Positions 33,801 to 45,500 of a stretch of DNA of 64,000 nt are shown here, in pieces. The translations under genes and the position numbers were made by a program. Position 1 is the first letter of the stretch, and each line of letters opens with the position of its first letter. The stretch lies in the IMG/VR virus record IMGVR_UViG_3300025009_000080, positions 1-64,000 of that record, one strand, 5' to 3'. The notes under the pieces are model-generated. The model was not told the origin of the DNA. It made no database searches and saw only the letters and a list, made by a program, of their open reading frames with translations. This DNA is from a virus.

Positions 33801-35281
33801 GATTCAACACCGATCCCACTTGCTCCGGTAGCCCATCCTTTAACAGCCGGGTATGTGGTTGCGGCTGTTTGTGCGTCAATAGCCATTCCCGATGCTGATG
33901 TAGCCTGCAATGCGTTACCGGATGCCCCACCAGAAGGATAAGTACTTTCAATCCACACAGTAGGCATAGCCTGTGCCGTTGTGCTATACATAGCATAATT
34001 ATTCCCTATCTGCTGAACGTAAATTCCATACCCTGATGATGAATTAGAAATAGCCTGCTTGCCTGTTAATTGAACAGTAGTGCCGTCAAATGTCAGATTA
34101 GCCTCTCCATTCAATGCTGTAGCAGAGCTAAAAGTAGCAAGCCTGTTATCAACTCCATTGGCGGCTGTTAACCCTGCACCCGTTGAATCATTCCCCCAAT
34201 ATGGTAATGTCCCGTTTGATTTCAATACCTTGTTTGATGTGCCTACTCCTAATCGTACCCAATCCGTCCCATTAAAATACATCACGTCTCCATTTACTTC
34301 GCCCGTAAGTGAAATATCTGTACCACGTACTGCATTGGGCTGGATTGTCGTAACACCTGTGGCGGATATAGTCACGTCCCCACTCATTACCCTTGACTGC
34401 CCTACACTCGATCCGTTACCTATAATGATATTGCCGTTAATTATGCCAATATCCTCTGGTTGCCCCTTTCGGAATAACGGTGTCCCCGCACTCCCATTCG
34501 GTGATGCAAACACAAGGTTTGCTGACTTACTCGCCCATACAGCCGTTAGCGTCCCCGATGTTGTTACCGGAGACCCTGAAATAGTGAAATCAGAAGGTAG
34601 GCTTAATGCCACACTTATTACCGTTCCCGTTGCTGACTGCCAAGATGTATCCTGCCACATCCCGGCAGACTGGTTCCAATATAAAATGCTTCGGTTAGTC
34701 TTTCCGGTTGTCAGGACGTTTTCGAGGTCGTCAAGTGGGTGATTATGTCCGGGTCTTGCCCAACTGGTGTCAATATTTATAGTATCATTTCTACGCCAAC
34801 CGTCCTGCATAACCAAGTTTGATCCGTAATTTGCGAATATGCTGTCAGCCAAATCCCCGGTAATCGTATCACCGCCTATGTAAATCGTATCAGCATGAAT
34901 CACAATAGAATATATGGTATCAGAGGTGATAACGTAACTATGGATCGTGTCCGTTCGGACTACAATAGAATAAATGGTGTCAACGTTAATTTGTATAGAA
35001 TAAATAGTATCAACCTGTAATAAGACAGTTGTATCATAGATTGTTACCGTAGTATCAACTATTCCCATCATTCCTTTAAGGGTTGCTACCGATACGGTGT
35101 CAACTTTACCCCCTGATTTTGTTATCAGAATTGCAGTATCAACTGCCGGGAATTTGGTAAAGTAAATGTCCTTATTCCCGGTAAGGTTTCCCTTCACCTG
35201 AAGACTTCCGTTAACCACTTGCTGACCGTACCCCACTAATGCCAGTATGAGTATTGCAAATAATAATGCTATTTTTTTCAT
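30869..35281 (-). CDS. large tail-fibre-like protein with signal peptide
   Basis: GTVTSV repeats, duplicated ~90-aa module, LTDVNVT knob motif; signal ...LVGYG|Q. Confidence 0.75.
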   Translation of the reverse strand: MKKIALLFAILILALVGYGQQVVNGSLQVKGNLTGNKDIYFTKFPAVDTAILITKSGGKVDTVSVATLKGMMGIVDTTVTIYDTTVLLQVDTIYSIQINVDTIYSIVVRTDTIHSYVITSDTIYSIVIHADTIYIGGDTITGDLADSIFANYGSNLVMQDGWRRNDTINIDTSWARPGHNHPLDDLENVLTTGKTNRSILYWNQSAGMWQDTSWQSATGTVISVALSLPSDFTISGSPVTTSGTLTAVWASKSANLVFASPNGSAGTPLFRKGQPEDIGIINGNIIIGNGSSVGQSRVMSGDVTISATGVTTIQPNAVRGTDISLTGEVNGDVMYFNGTDWVRLGVGTSNKVLKSNGTLPYWGNDSTGAGLTAANGVDNRLATFSSATALNGEANLTFDGTTVQLTGKQAISNSSSGYGIYVQQIGNNYAMYSTTAQAMPTVWIESTYPSGGASGNALQATSASGMAIDAQTAATTYPAVKGWATGASGIGVESKGYFRLTEQPGAQTNYVQIGVPAMSSDVTLTLPGTYPSVSGQSFSVTTGGVMSYFTPGTVTSIAMTTPSEITTIGSPITGSGTFALSWTSQAERLVFRSPISGSGTPAFGKVTSEYIQQSDGYIMVGNSSNAATERLVSGDATMSNTGALAISDNAVDGTDIALTSQVNGDIMKFNGTDWVVAKDTGYLKTTTDYMWGNYTNSGWIKSKSGIYAVGSKLGMTTAGETGYVELYVDPAHTGFQIYTMPPAYPASSGYQLTSQTDGTLSWAASSPTSGTVTSVATSWGLTGGTITSTGTLKADSSQVATQYDISGFLSQDSGYLKTTGDTGYGNYSFTDTVSVREVESRYGNLWIHHLPKPEAPTASLNATPGNLSGEFYYRVSFLTAQGESELSDNSNLSDVVANEQITVEFIPTGEQGVVIGRNIYRVEVGNYPDFLLITTINDNTTTTYNDNNITGTLPIPSFGTATGGIYVGSDTTLAMVIDEKGGLNMIKDTNVLRMSQAPFSHEDYPNTGFSNHIIMEKQLSELGENGIYMGDRGARFYSIQTNGDDARMDIMYSSINGYPLDPAQTDTVIRIVENTLQLPELQTLSSIRYLTQDPSTKTIGYATPTLGSTTLAGLTDVNVTGVTDDDVLYYDAATAKWRDTTSISDTSAANTIWRQVGDVAYPRSATKISLGTTRSGARISLNGNATSDTLFKISNSKTGNDSTLYMYSNGEVLINGTENQTGVLGLLRVTENGGGVAIQGESNASGGVGLAGYATTGNGVIGSATSGYGFYSTATTGTGLFSTSSSGWSADLQGKLKVQGITKADTCKYDLTWNEATGEVKARRYPAHCFAYYSNNTGYNLTFSVIDTYYPLALALTSLDAQGFTVDNDTAKLTYTGLTGHVKFDIDMSVSVFDALQTLEVQVYNVTDAAEVPTSQLSIQNGGQYNPIHVTAYDINATTGDVYLIRARQKSGTDGALFYRLSAYAQTIHY

Positions 35282-35286
35282 CTTGA

Positions 35287-35973
35287 CTAAATTAAAGAAA
35301 TGGTGTATCCGTCCGATGTTCCTTCTTCTACGGTTACGATTATGCTTCCATTGACATCAAGTGGATTGACAACTATATCAATCAACTCAACTTTGCCATC
35401 TACGTTAAATGCCTGCCACATATACGGCCTGCGACCCAATGTATGATTAACAATTTTGGGTTCGCCTGATACCAGTACTCCGGTTTCGCACGTTGTTGGT
35501 TCAAACGTAGAAGATCCTCCACTGCCAGCACCACCGTAAAAGTGAAATCCTGATGTGTTCCAGTATATTTCGTCTCCGGTTACATACGAATCCCCTGAGT
35601 AATCAAAGTTGCCAGTAATTGACCACCACCATCCGGGCTGCTTAGACTGTGAATTTACTAATGCCATTTGTGCTGCATTGGCAATTTCGCCACGGTAACT
35701 CTGCTCTGGTATTGGGATATACTGATTTGTTATTGTGCTCTGGTATTGCGCCACAACTTTTGTATCCATGGTTGAATTAAGAAATTGAGTAGCGCAATTT
35801 TGAGTAGCAAGTACCGCCTCCGTATCCTCTAATAACTCAATCATGTTGTATTTTAGAATGACTTCATCCCAACAATACTTTGATTTAATCCCAAGCACGT
35901 CCTGTCGTGCAAGGGATACCGTCTTGTGAATAGTTTCAACAAGCGTTTGGTTTTTAATATTATTGGAGTCCAT
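35287..35973 (-). CDS. putative virion/tail protein
   Basis: VNHTLGRRP motif; late operon. Confidence 0.6.
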   Translation of the reverse strand: MDSNNIKNQTLVETIHKTVSLARQDVLGIKSKYCWDEVILKYNMIELLEDTEAVLATQNCATQFLNSTMDTKVVAQYQSTITNQYIPIPEQSYRGEIANAAQMALVNSQSKQPGWWWSITGNFDYSGDSYVTGDEIYWNTSGFHFYGGAGSGGSSTFEPTTCETGVLVSGEPKIVNHTLGRRPYMWQAFNVDGKVELIDIVVNPLDVNGSIIVTVEEGTSDGYTISLI

Positions 35974-38900
35974 TATTTACATTTTTGATTTGTGGAGCAA
36001 TCACAAAGCGACTTAGCAAGGTTGTATAATTCAACCATTTTGTCATACCATTGCAGCGTTTGAGCCTCCGATAACGACCGGATAACAACTTTTAGCTTTA
36101 AATATGCCTGAAAACACTTGTTGTTGCAGATCATATTGTCGCAAAGGTTTTTGATATTGCAGAATACCGTCCGTTCGAGGTCTCTCTGGCAACTTGTTAA
36201 ATCACAGAACTGAACGTAGTACTGAATATTGGTGTAAGTTGAAGGTAATTCTTCAATGAGTTCCCAATTACTTTCCCAATTTACCCCTGTACCAGGTTCA
36301 ATGCCAAGGTTATTATTCACAAGGCTTTTGTAAAACACCACTGAGCTTCCGGATGCCATTACAACACAATCATCTTGCAGGTACGCCCCGGCAATATTAT
36401 AAGCAGGTGCGCTTTCAAGTGTTACTGTGTATATCCCACCGCTTGTAACGGTAATTGGATACGCCAGCACGTTTGAAGAAGCGGGTTCAATTAGTTCATC
36501 ATACACCTGATGTGTACTCATTACATAGTCCTGTCCGTTCGGTTTGTGAACTGTGATCTTTCGATATAGTGTGAAATCTGCAAGGTCATGGTTTGCGTCG
36601 GCTCCATAATTGCTTTCATCATAAACATTTGCTGTCTGGCAATCAACTGCCGTTGCAACCCTGCAAGTGGTTTCGTATCCTCCTGCTGTACCTGTTAACT
36701 CAACACTCAGATATATCGTAGCTACCTGTGGGCTGCAAGTAAAGGCAGGATTTGCGAAAGTTGATGTAAGGGTAAGCGTACTGTTAACAGGAGATTGTGA
36801 AATATCACCCGGAATTATGTAGGTTAATTTTACAGGAATCTGCTGATCTGCAAACACCTCTGTATCTACTGTCGCAATAAGATATGCAGGGTTTTCTGAA
36901 ATATGTGTTTCGTCCCACGTAATCCCGGCCAATACGGGTTGAGTCTGGAATGTTACAACATCTTCACCTGTAGGCAATGCAAATGTAAGTTCAAATTCAC
37001 TTACCTCTGATGGCTCCCTGTCAATATCTACATAGGCAATAAGTTCACCTGAATCAGACGGACGTAAATCGTAAGCAGAAAGCAGGTCTGATAGCCATGA
37101 TACAGGGCAAACCGGGGTACTTGCTAAAGTCAGAGTGTATGTCAATGTCAGTGATCCGCTACATATAATAACGTTTTCATCATTGCGTAACACCCAATTT
37201 ATTACAGCGTTAACTACTGAAGGATCGGGTAACGCCGTACCTGTAACACTAACCGTAACCGGCACACTGAGTAATTGGAACTCATTCACAAAAGTCCGGT
37301 ATATGGTTTCATTCCCGAATGGGCTTTCTCCAAAACTTACATTGTCAGCACCACTCCCTTTTGTGAGTTCAAGTGTACCGTAATTTGATCCTGTATTAAG
37401 TTGAATGGTATCCGCAAATTGGGTTGCTGTGTTAAGGGGAACCTCTACAAAATATTGATTTTGAGTAGGTACTATCTGGCAGGTTTCCACGTTGGCATGA
37501 CTTGTCAACAAGAATGGAACTTGCAGATCATCTCCACAGTCCATTTGAATTGTAACAATCCCTGATATTGCGGTAACTACTGTTAATGGAGAATACGTAA
37601 ATTGGATCTGATGTGTGCGCCCTACTGCGATAGTCTGTGCTATCGGGAAATACACCTGTAATCCTGCATTAGCAAGATTTGAAGGTATTGTAACACCCGT
37701 CAATATAATACTTGAAGTCCCTCCATTCCCTATGGTTACTATTTGGTTTGTTGAAGTGCCTACGTTTTTTTCAAGATCAATAACCGTATCCGGAGTTACT
37801 GATGTAACGTCATTTCGGACAACCCATTGCATTGTGATCTGGCATACGTTTTCGACTATCGGAAGTGAAGCCCATGGTTCCCTGTAAACAGTAACGCTCA
37901 TGGTTTCAAATAGTGTGTGTGCGCTCATTGCGTCGTCGTGGAATACCCCAAAGGATACAAGGTCTCCGATTGTGAGCGAAAGCGTCTCAGAGATAGTCCC
38001 TCCATAGTTATAGAGACTGTCAAGGAATGTCGTGTTAGCTACTCCGTTTACGAAAATAGCATACTGCCTTACTGTCGAAGTAATGTCATCCGGGATTTGA
38101 AGGCTGAGCAAAAATGTATAATCGCCGGTTGCCGGAACCTCGATTACGCTTGTGCTTAGTGTTTCGGTTACACTATGTGCAGCCCAAACAAAATCTACAT
38201 TCTGAGTACTTACTAATGCAGCATCTCCTTGGATTACCGCATCCAATGTCAGCGCAAAGAAGTCATTTGTGTCACTTACCGGCACAAGTGCCGCTGTTTC
38301 TACAATCACTGACCCGTTACCATATGTAGCTACTGCAATATCGGCAGCGTTTTCGCAGAGTTTCCGGTTAATATCAAGTATAAATTGGTGTAATCCCGCT
38401 GTCGTACTGCAAGTTACTGTCAATGTAATTGTTTTGCTCTCTGCTGGCATTAAAACATAATCAGCATCGGTAGCTACTGCCGGGAATGCGATCACTACTC
38501 CGCTGCTGTCATCATCACTTAGGAAGGGATACCAACCGTGAATCATGTCACCAAGCCGTACCATTCCGGTATCTCCGTCAGGACAACTGTGTGCTGCATT
38601 ATTGGTAATCTGTACCTGAATTTCTGCGGTTGCTGTTTCGCATCCACATAAGGTATCGAGCGTCTGTGTTCCCGGACAACTACCTGCAACACTTACTGCT
38701 TCTCCGTTTATCCATGTAAAATCCAGTACCGCAACTGAAAGATCAGATGTGACGGCCGCAACTTCTTCGATTTCCTGTAACGCATCAAATCTCCAATACG
38801 AATAATACTGAACAACTCCGGGTGTGTACCCCAACTGCAATGCCCTTGTACTTAGGTCTGCAATATTTGCGCTATCACACTGAATAAGGATTTCCAAATC

Positions 38901-39509
38901 CTCTGTATCCAAAATTGCAAGCTCAGTAACGCCTGAAATAAATTCAGTCCATACCCCTGCAAGGTTGTAATAAACAGTGAATGCCCCTATTGTGTCAGGC
39001 AGAACCACAATTTCATTTACCGTTGTTGTTGCGCCTGAGTTGTTTACAATACGGTTAATATGGTTTGCTTTTACCCCTACATTTAGTTTGGAGTCAAATT
39101 TAATAAACGGAACTGCCAGAATTACATCATCTGAATTACCCTGAAGGGTAAGCGTTACTTCATCATTAGCCGCATCTACGGTATAGGTGTTTGGCAGTAA
39201 TGTAAACAATCCTGTCCAGTCCCCAATCTGAGAAGATCGCACTGGCTCCACTGTAAGCACAATCGGATTTAATGTAGTGAGTTCGTCAAAGTCAAAAGCC
39301 CTCGTACAATCCCATATACCAAGGCTAATTTCTGTATAAGTGAATCCGGCAATAGTAAAGTCCCTATCGGGAACCATCCCGGCAGCCCTGATTTTAAGCG
39401 TATATATTGAAGGTGGTGAAGTCAGAACTCCATCGGTTGAAACAATGAGGTTTGCTGAGTTCATACTCAGGTTGCTCATGGTTAAAATTGTGCTGCTTAG
39501 TGATAACAT
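35973..39509 (-). CDS. large beta-rich (Ig-like) virion protein
   Basis: T/V-rich beta domains; Cys-rich C-terminus; TAAATTTG -7-like element upstream. Confidence 0.65.
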   Translation of the reverse strand: MLSLSSTILTMSNLSMNSANLIVSTDGVLTSPPSIYTLKIRAAGMVPDRDFTIAGFTYTEISLGIWDCTRAFDFDELTTLNPIVLTVEPVRSSQIGDWTGLFTLLPNTYTVDAANDEVTLTLQGNSDDVILAVPFIKFDSKLNVGVKANHINRIVNNSGATTTVNEIVVLPDTIGAFTVYYNLAGVWTEFISGVTELAILDTEDLEILIQCDSANIADLSTRALQLGYTPGVVQYYSYWRFDALQEIEEVAAVTSDLSVAVLDFTWINGEAVSVAGSCPGTQTLDTLCGCETATAEIQVQITNNAAHSCPDGDTGMVRLGDMIHGWYPFLSDDDSSGVVIAFPAVATDADYVLMPAESKTITLTVTCSTTAGLHQFILDINRKLCENAADIAVATYGNGSVIVETAALVPVSDTNDFFALTLDAVIQGDAALVSTQNVDFVWAAHSVTETLSTSVIEVPATGDYTFLLSLQIPDDITSTVRQYAIFVNGVANTTFLDSLYNYGGTISETLSLTIGDLVSFGVFHDDAMSAHTLFETMSVTVYREPWASLPIVENVCQITMQWVVRNDVTSVTPDTVIDLEKNVGTSTNQIVTIGNGGTSSIILTGVTIPSNLANAGLQVYFPIAQTIAVGRTHQIQFTYSPLTVVTAISGIVTIQMDCGDDLQVPFLLTSHANVETCQIVPTQNQYFVEVPLNTATQFADTIQLNTGSNYGTLELTKGSGADNVSFGESPFGNETIYRTFVNEFQLLSVPVTVSVTGTALPDPSVVNAVINWVLRNDENVIICSGSLTLTYTLTLASTPVCPVSWLSDLLSAYDLRPSDSGELIAYVDIDREPSEVSEFELTFALPTGEDVVTFQTQPVLAGITWDETHISENPAYLIATVDTEVFADQQIPVKLTYIIPGDISQSPVNSTLTLTSTFANPAFTCSPQVATIYLSVELTGTAGGYETTCRVATAVDCQTANVYDESNYGADANHDLADFTLYRKITVHKPNGQDYVMSTHQVYDELIEPASSNVLAYPITVTSGGIYTVTLESAPAYNIAGAYLQDDCVVMASGSSVVFYKSLVNNNLGIEPGTGVNWESNWELIEELPSTYTNIQYYVQFCDLTSCQRDLERTVFCNIKNLCDNMICNNKCFQAYLKLKVVIRSLSEAQTLQWYDKMVELYNLAKSLCDCSTNQKCK

Positions 39510-39545
39510 GGCTGTTGTATTTAATGGTCAAATTTACAAAATATT

Positions 39546-42500
39546 TTATTCATTTTCGGACTCATTGATAATAGATTGAATATCCCTATTGAACCCGGCT
39601 TTTACTCCTGTTCTTTCTTTGAATAACTCCCATTTGGCTTGCTCATTGGCTAAATTCACAATGTTTTCCTTCACATTATTGAGTGCCTTTGTCCTGTATT
39701 CTGCTGCTATTTTCTTTTGAGTATCTAATTTAATATCCATTCCCTCTGCTGCCAGATTTGAAATAGGAGTGATCGTGTTTTTATCCATCTCCATTAACAT
39801 CTGAACCATGGACTTGATTTTCTGTCCTCTTAGCTTGCAGAATTTGTAGTATTCATCATCGGTCATTGGCTCGTAGGTCTTTGTCTTATCATTGATGAGC
39901 ATTAACCCTTCTGATTCACGCTTTGGTTTGGCGATAAATAGATTGTTCTCATTTAGGAATTTTGCTTCCGGGCTGATCTTTTCTTTGCCAAACATAAAGT
40001 TTGGGTCGGCATAAACGGGATCTCCAAGCACATTAACCATATCGCTCAGGCTGTTTCTGGCTATCGGAATATCCATAATCATTTTAGCGAAAAAGTCATC
40101 TGCCTCTTTTCTTGGCATATCAAATACCTTTTGGGTGTACTGCGATGTTTGTGTTACGATATTCGGCAAAACGAAACTCTTTCCTGTACCTGCCATTTTT
40201 TGCATATAGCGTTCAAACTGTCCTTTTGTTGGCGATGTTAGCGCATTCATAAGGTTTGCTACGTTGCTTACAAATGACATATCCCCGAACGTCTTTATGT
40301 TTTGCTCATTGGCAAGCATTATTTTCCGCAGGGTTGTTTCTTTGTTAAAGTCAGGATCGTACTTTTCACCGTCCCTCAATATTCCAATAGGTGCAAGTAA
40401 AAGTAATAAGGGAGTGTACTGGTACGACCACCAAATACCTCCTGCTTTTATACTGTACGGCTTCCATCCTTCGGCTTCAAGTTGTTTGTTTTTCTGCCAG
40501 TCCCTTGTCCCATTGGCGGTAATTTGAATTGCGCTTTCGCCTTTTTCATCTTCCTGTGTCATTAAGTACAGAGCCGTTGAAGCTGCAAGTCCAACACCTG
40601 CACGGATAAATGCTTTTGATCTTTCCTCTGGTGTGTATTTTACATATTTGCCGCCAAACCTTGTGTTTTCAAGCGACTCCCACCCAACACCACCTTTTAT
40701 TCCACGATACAGTGCTACAGGTGGAAAGAAGTCTGCTGATCGAGTCATTACATTGGTTACAATTCGAGTAAACGGAACAATAAATTTGCCCGGTCTTACC
40801 GATATTGTTTTACCTGTAAATGGAATTGGAACCCGTAATCTCATTGCATTTGCAAGGTATGACACCGCATCCGACAAAAGTCCAGCATTTCCTTCTGTAT
40901 TGTGGTTATAGGTTAGCTTGGCTGCAAAGTCATTGGTATCGTCAATAATTGACTTATCCCTTCCCATTTCAAGTAACTCATAAGCCCTTATCTTTGCTCC
41001 GGTTGTACGCATCCATTTTTCTGCACGGGTACGCTGCTTTGAAGTCATGTTTGATGGTAATTCCTTAATGGAGACTTCGGCTTCCTCCAATGCAATTTTT
41101 TCAGCTTCCTTATATGCCTCCGGTGTACGGTTAAGTATCCTGTCGACTTCTTGCCAAACTGCTTTGTTATTAAAGAATGTACCGTCTTTGGAGTTGAAAA
41201 ACTTAATTCCATTCTGAGCTGCGATCCTTTTTGCCAGCGAGAATGCTCTTAGGTCTTTTCCGGCTTCATAGTTCATGGCATCCGCCCCAAACATAATGCG
41301 TGGCACGTACTTGGCTGCATTTGCCGGATTATATTTGCCGTCAAATTCCCATTGCTCAAGAACATTTCCTACCTCTACTGACTTACCTCTTATCGGGGCA
41401 TATCCGGTTTTCATTACGTCCCTAAATTTCATTGCGCCACGTCCGTATCCTGTTGACATAGAGTAAATCAAAAAAGGAATAGCTGACGGGTTTTGTATCG
41501 CTTCTTCTGTCAGTGCAAGCAAGTGGTTTGACATATTGCCAAAAACGTTCTTTTGTTGGGTGCTGATACCGGATAGCATATTAGCATACCAAAATCCTGT
41601 TCCAACGTCACCCCAATCAATACCTGGTAGTTTGGCTTGGTAGTTTAGTAAATCAGTAATAGCCCTGTTCTTGGGTTCTCCCTGTGGGGCATCATGCACT
41701 CTTTGAGCAAGTCGTTTGATTTCAATAGCCTGCTCTGGTGTGATTTCCGGCAATCCCATTTTCTCTGCATACATACGGGTAAATTCAGCATCATCAAATG
41801 CTCCCATATTGGAGAGTTCGATCATGGCTTCATGGGTTGCCTTTATTTTCTTTGGAGATTCAAATATGCGTTCCTTGGTGGTTAAGGATTTGCGCAATGC
41901 GTTTTGCTTGGCTCTTAATGTAAGTCGTTCAAACGCACTTGCAACGGACTGAGTAAGTAACCGGGCATCTTCACCGGAAACACCTGCTTCTTCAATGAGT
42001 TTTTCGGTAAGCGACCTGCGGGTAGCGTCAACCTCTGAATAGTGTTTACGGATAATGTCGTTAATGGTTTCGTCCATGGATTTCATGGCTTCCTTGACGG
42101 CTTTACCTACCTGACGTTCTGAGTACGGTTTGCCTATAATTTCATCATAATACCCTTGTAACTGATCTTTCATGTCAGCCTTTACATCGTCGCTAATCTC
42201 CATATTGTCAATACGGGATTCCACTTCTGCCTTAGATGCTTCCCAAACTTCCTTGTATTGTTCTTTGTTGGCAATAGCCTCTCCGATAGTTTCAATAGTC
42301 GGTTTGGTTTCTGCCCCCTTTTGTGGTTCAAGTTTTTCATCAACTTTCCCGAAAAGAGTGTTTATCATATCCCTTACCGGGTCGTATGCTTTTGGCTTTG
42401 AAGATAATCTGCGGACAATCCTTTGTGCAAGGGTGTTGGCTGCATCTTCGGTTTCTTTATCGGCTTGTTTTTTGAGTCCGTCCGTTTCAATTTGTCCCCA

Positions 42501-45500
42501 ATCTTTGCCTTCAATCTTGTCGGGAATATGTTTTTCAAAGTCCTTTGGGTCAATATCGACACCAAATTCTTTTTTGAATTGCTTTGCAAGTAGAACTGCT
42601 ATTTCTGCTGTACGGAATGCGCCTTCTCTCACATAGGATGCGGTCAAATTCCCTACTAATTCAATAGCTTTTGGGCTAAACCCACCTGCTGTTGCAAGGA
42701 ATAGATCAGACTTTTTAAATCCTTTGAGTAAGTCCTTCCGGTACGCCCGTTCTTTTTCGACTAAGGTTTTGAATGTTTTTGGCTCTGCTGGTTTCTGTGG
42801 TGTTTTACCTACCACTTTCCCTACCTTTGAGCTTACATCTTTGTCTTTCAGAACTCCGTCAATAGCTTCTGCGTTGGCATCATCAAGTCCTTTCTTTTTG
42901 GTCTTAATACTGCCTTCGTTGTCTTTCACTTTCTTATTGCGCTGCTCTTTTGCCGCTAATTGCGCTTTGAATAACTCACGTTCAGGGATAGTAAATTCGC
43001 CCATGGCACGGAGTTCCTGTGCTATCTCTGTTCCCTTTTGGGTATAGGTCTGAATAGCCCTGTCTGCAAGTTCTGAGTAGTATCGGGTAGCCTCTGATTT
43101 CTTTCCGTAACTTTCAATAAACAGCCTATTGGCTTCATTTATGGATTCGCTTCTGAGTAAGGTTCTTGTTATTGGATGAATAGATGGATCTCGTGGATTG
43201 TCCTCCATCATCTTTATTGTGCTTTCAAGTCCCCTTGCCTGAATGATAGCCGTGGCCTCCGCCTTACTGACTTCGATTTCCCTTGGAACATAGAATCGTG
43301 CTTTATCGTTGTTCATTAGGATTTCTTTCAGTTCGGGTCTAATGTCAGGATTATCAAGCACACTTCTTGCACCGCCACGCTCTTTCATTCCATCTGGTAT
43401 GCCTGTATCTGATACTGGTTCCTTTGGTTTTGCCGGAGGTAGGGTTTCTTTAACGGGTTCGATAACTTTTTTTGGCTGTTCAGGCATGAACATATCGGTT
43501 ACACCCTTGATCTTTTTGGTGATTTCGGATTCGTCTGCATCCGGGTGTTTAGCCTTGATGTAGTCAATTGCTTCTTTTATACCAACTTCTATTGCCTTAC
43601 CTGCTTTTACACCTGCTATTACAATGTCAATAGCGGTGTTCCATGCTGCTACCGGGATACCAAGTGTTGCATCAAATAGTTTGTCTTTGGTATCAACCTT
43701 TAGGTTTTCTAACGCTGAAATGGCTTTCTCTGACCAATCAATTTCGGTTTGTTGTTTTACCTTGTCAATCTTTGACTGCAATGAGCTTTCATTGGTATCA
43801 ATCTGCTTCTGAATGGCTCCAATTTCGTTATCGAATGACTGCAATGCCTTCTTTTTGGTTTCTTTGTTGTACTCAAAGTCAGACTGAAGGTCTTTATTTC
43901 CTCCGGTGTCTTTTGTGTCTCCAAAAATTCCACTACGATTGTCGAGTTCGGCTTCCTTTTGTGACCTGCGCTTCTTTGCAGATGCGAGTGCAGCTTTTAA
44001 CTCTGCTTTAGTGGCTTCGTAGTCTCTTTGGATTTTGTCGATTGAGGCTTGTTGCTTAGCCGTGAGGCTTGGTGCTTCATCTGTCGCTGCGCTTCCCATT
44101 TCAGGTACTTCATTGCGCTCTCCTGTTTCGGTTTCATAAAATGATTTTTGTAGTGCGTTGTATTCTTCTTCTGTTAATACTTTGTGTAATTCGTCGTAGT
44201 AATCATCCAGTAACTCTTTGGATATTCCGTACTTATTGATTTCGTCTGCAAGAACATCTGGCATTTTATCACCCTGCTTCTGGTCATTGGGCTTTAATCT
44301 TTTGCCGTCAATCTCTTTACTGAATAATCTTTTATTGATTCTACCGTTGGTAAGACTTATTCCTGTCAGGTCGATAAAACGATTGTTTAAATCCTTCATC
44401 AACGGCGACATCTTAGTGTCATACTGCTGCAAATACTCGTAGTCTTTTATAAAATTAACTACGTCTTCAGTAGTAACTAATTCACCACCTTCAACACCTT
44501 CCATATCCAGACTGGCTCGCTGTGCTACTTGTTCAATTCCTTCACCGCCTTTACGGATATATGTGAACCGGATCCCCCTTGTCAGTTTATTTTTGTCTCC
44601 CTCTTTAATCCACGATTCCTTGCTTATGTGTCCAATGTGCTTACGGATGGCATCCTCTTTGGCACTATGATTAGCTGGAATGGCAGATGCTCGTTCATAC
44701 CCTATAGCAACTTCACGTGGGTTGTCCGACCCTGATGCAACTTCTTTCATTGCATCGAGTTCATTCATTCCACTACTCAGCAATCCTTTATTTTCTACGG
44801 TTTCTCCCTTGTCAAGGTCAATACTATCAATGTACTCATTGATTACGGTACGGTATTCGCTGTTTTCTTTGTTTTTCCCATCTTTCCCTTTTACTCTTGA
44901 AGGGATTTCTTTCCCGTGCTTACCTCTTACAGTTAAGGAACTGCCTTTTTTCTCGATCTCGTATTTCCCGTTCGATGAAGTAAAAACAATATTCGGTTTT
45001 TCGTGAATGGTTACTTTGTTCTTATCAAAGACTATAAGCATCCCTTCCTGTGAATCTACCTCCCTGTGATAGATACTGTCATACCCCTGCTCTTTCAGTC
45101 CTTTTGTTACTTGTTTTGCTACATAGGGTTCTAAATCGGGATAGTTTTCATAGGCTTGGTCGAATGAAGCAAATGATCTCGCTTCCTCTTTGTTAATGTT
45201 TGGATTGTCTTTAATAAAAGACTCAATAGCCAGTGGCAGTGCTTCATTCTGTAAGTCAATAAGGCTTTTACCTTCACCGGATTTTGCATCAATAACATAC
45301 GGGTTCTCCACTGATACGCTCGCCTGTTGAACGTCTGATTGCTTATCTGACTTAGAATAACGATTCCCCTTTTCTGTGGATAGATAAGTGCCTTCGGCTT
45401 CCCCTGCACCCATTACCAGTCCTGAAACGTGACTGAGTGGCTTAGAATTGATTTCTTTTACTACTTCGGCTTTGGATAATTCGGTTTCGGTCGGCTGCCC

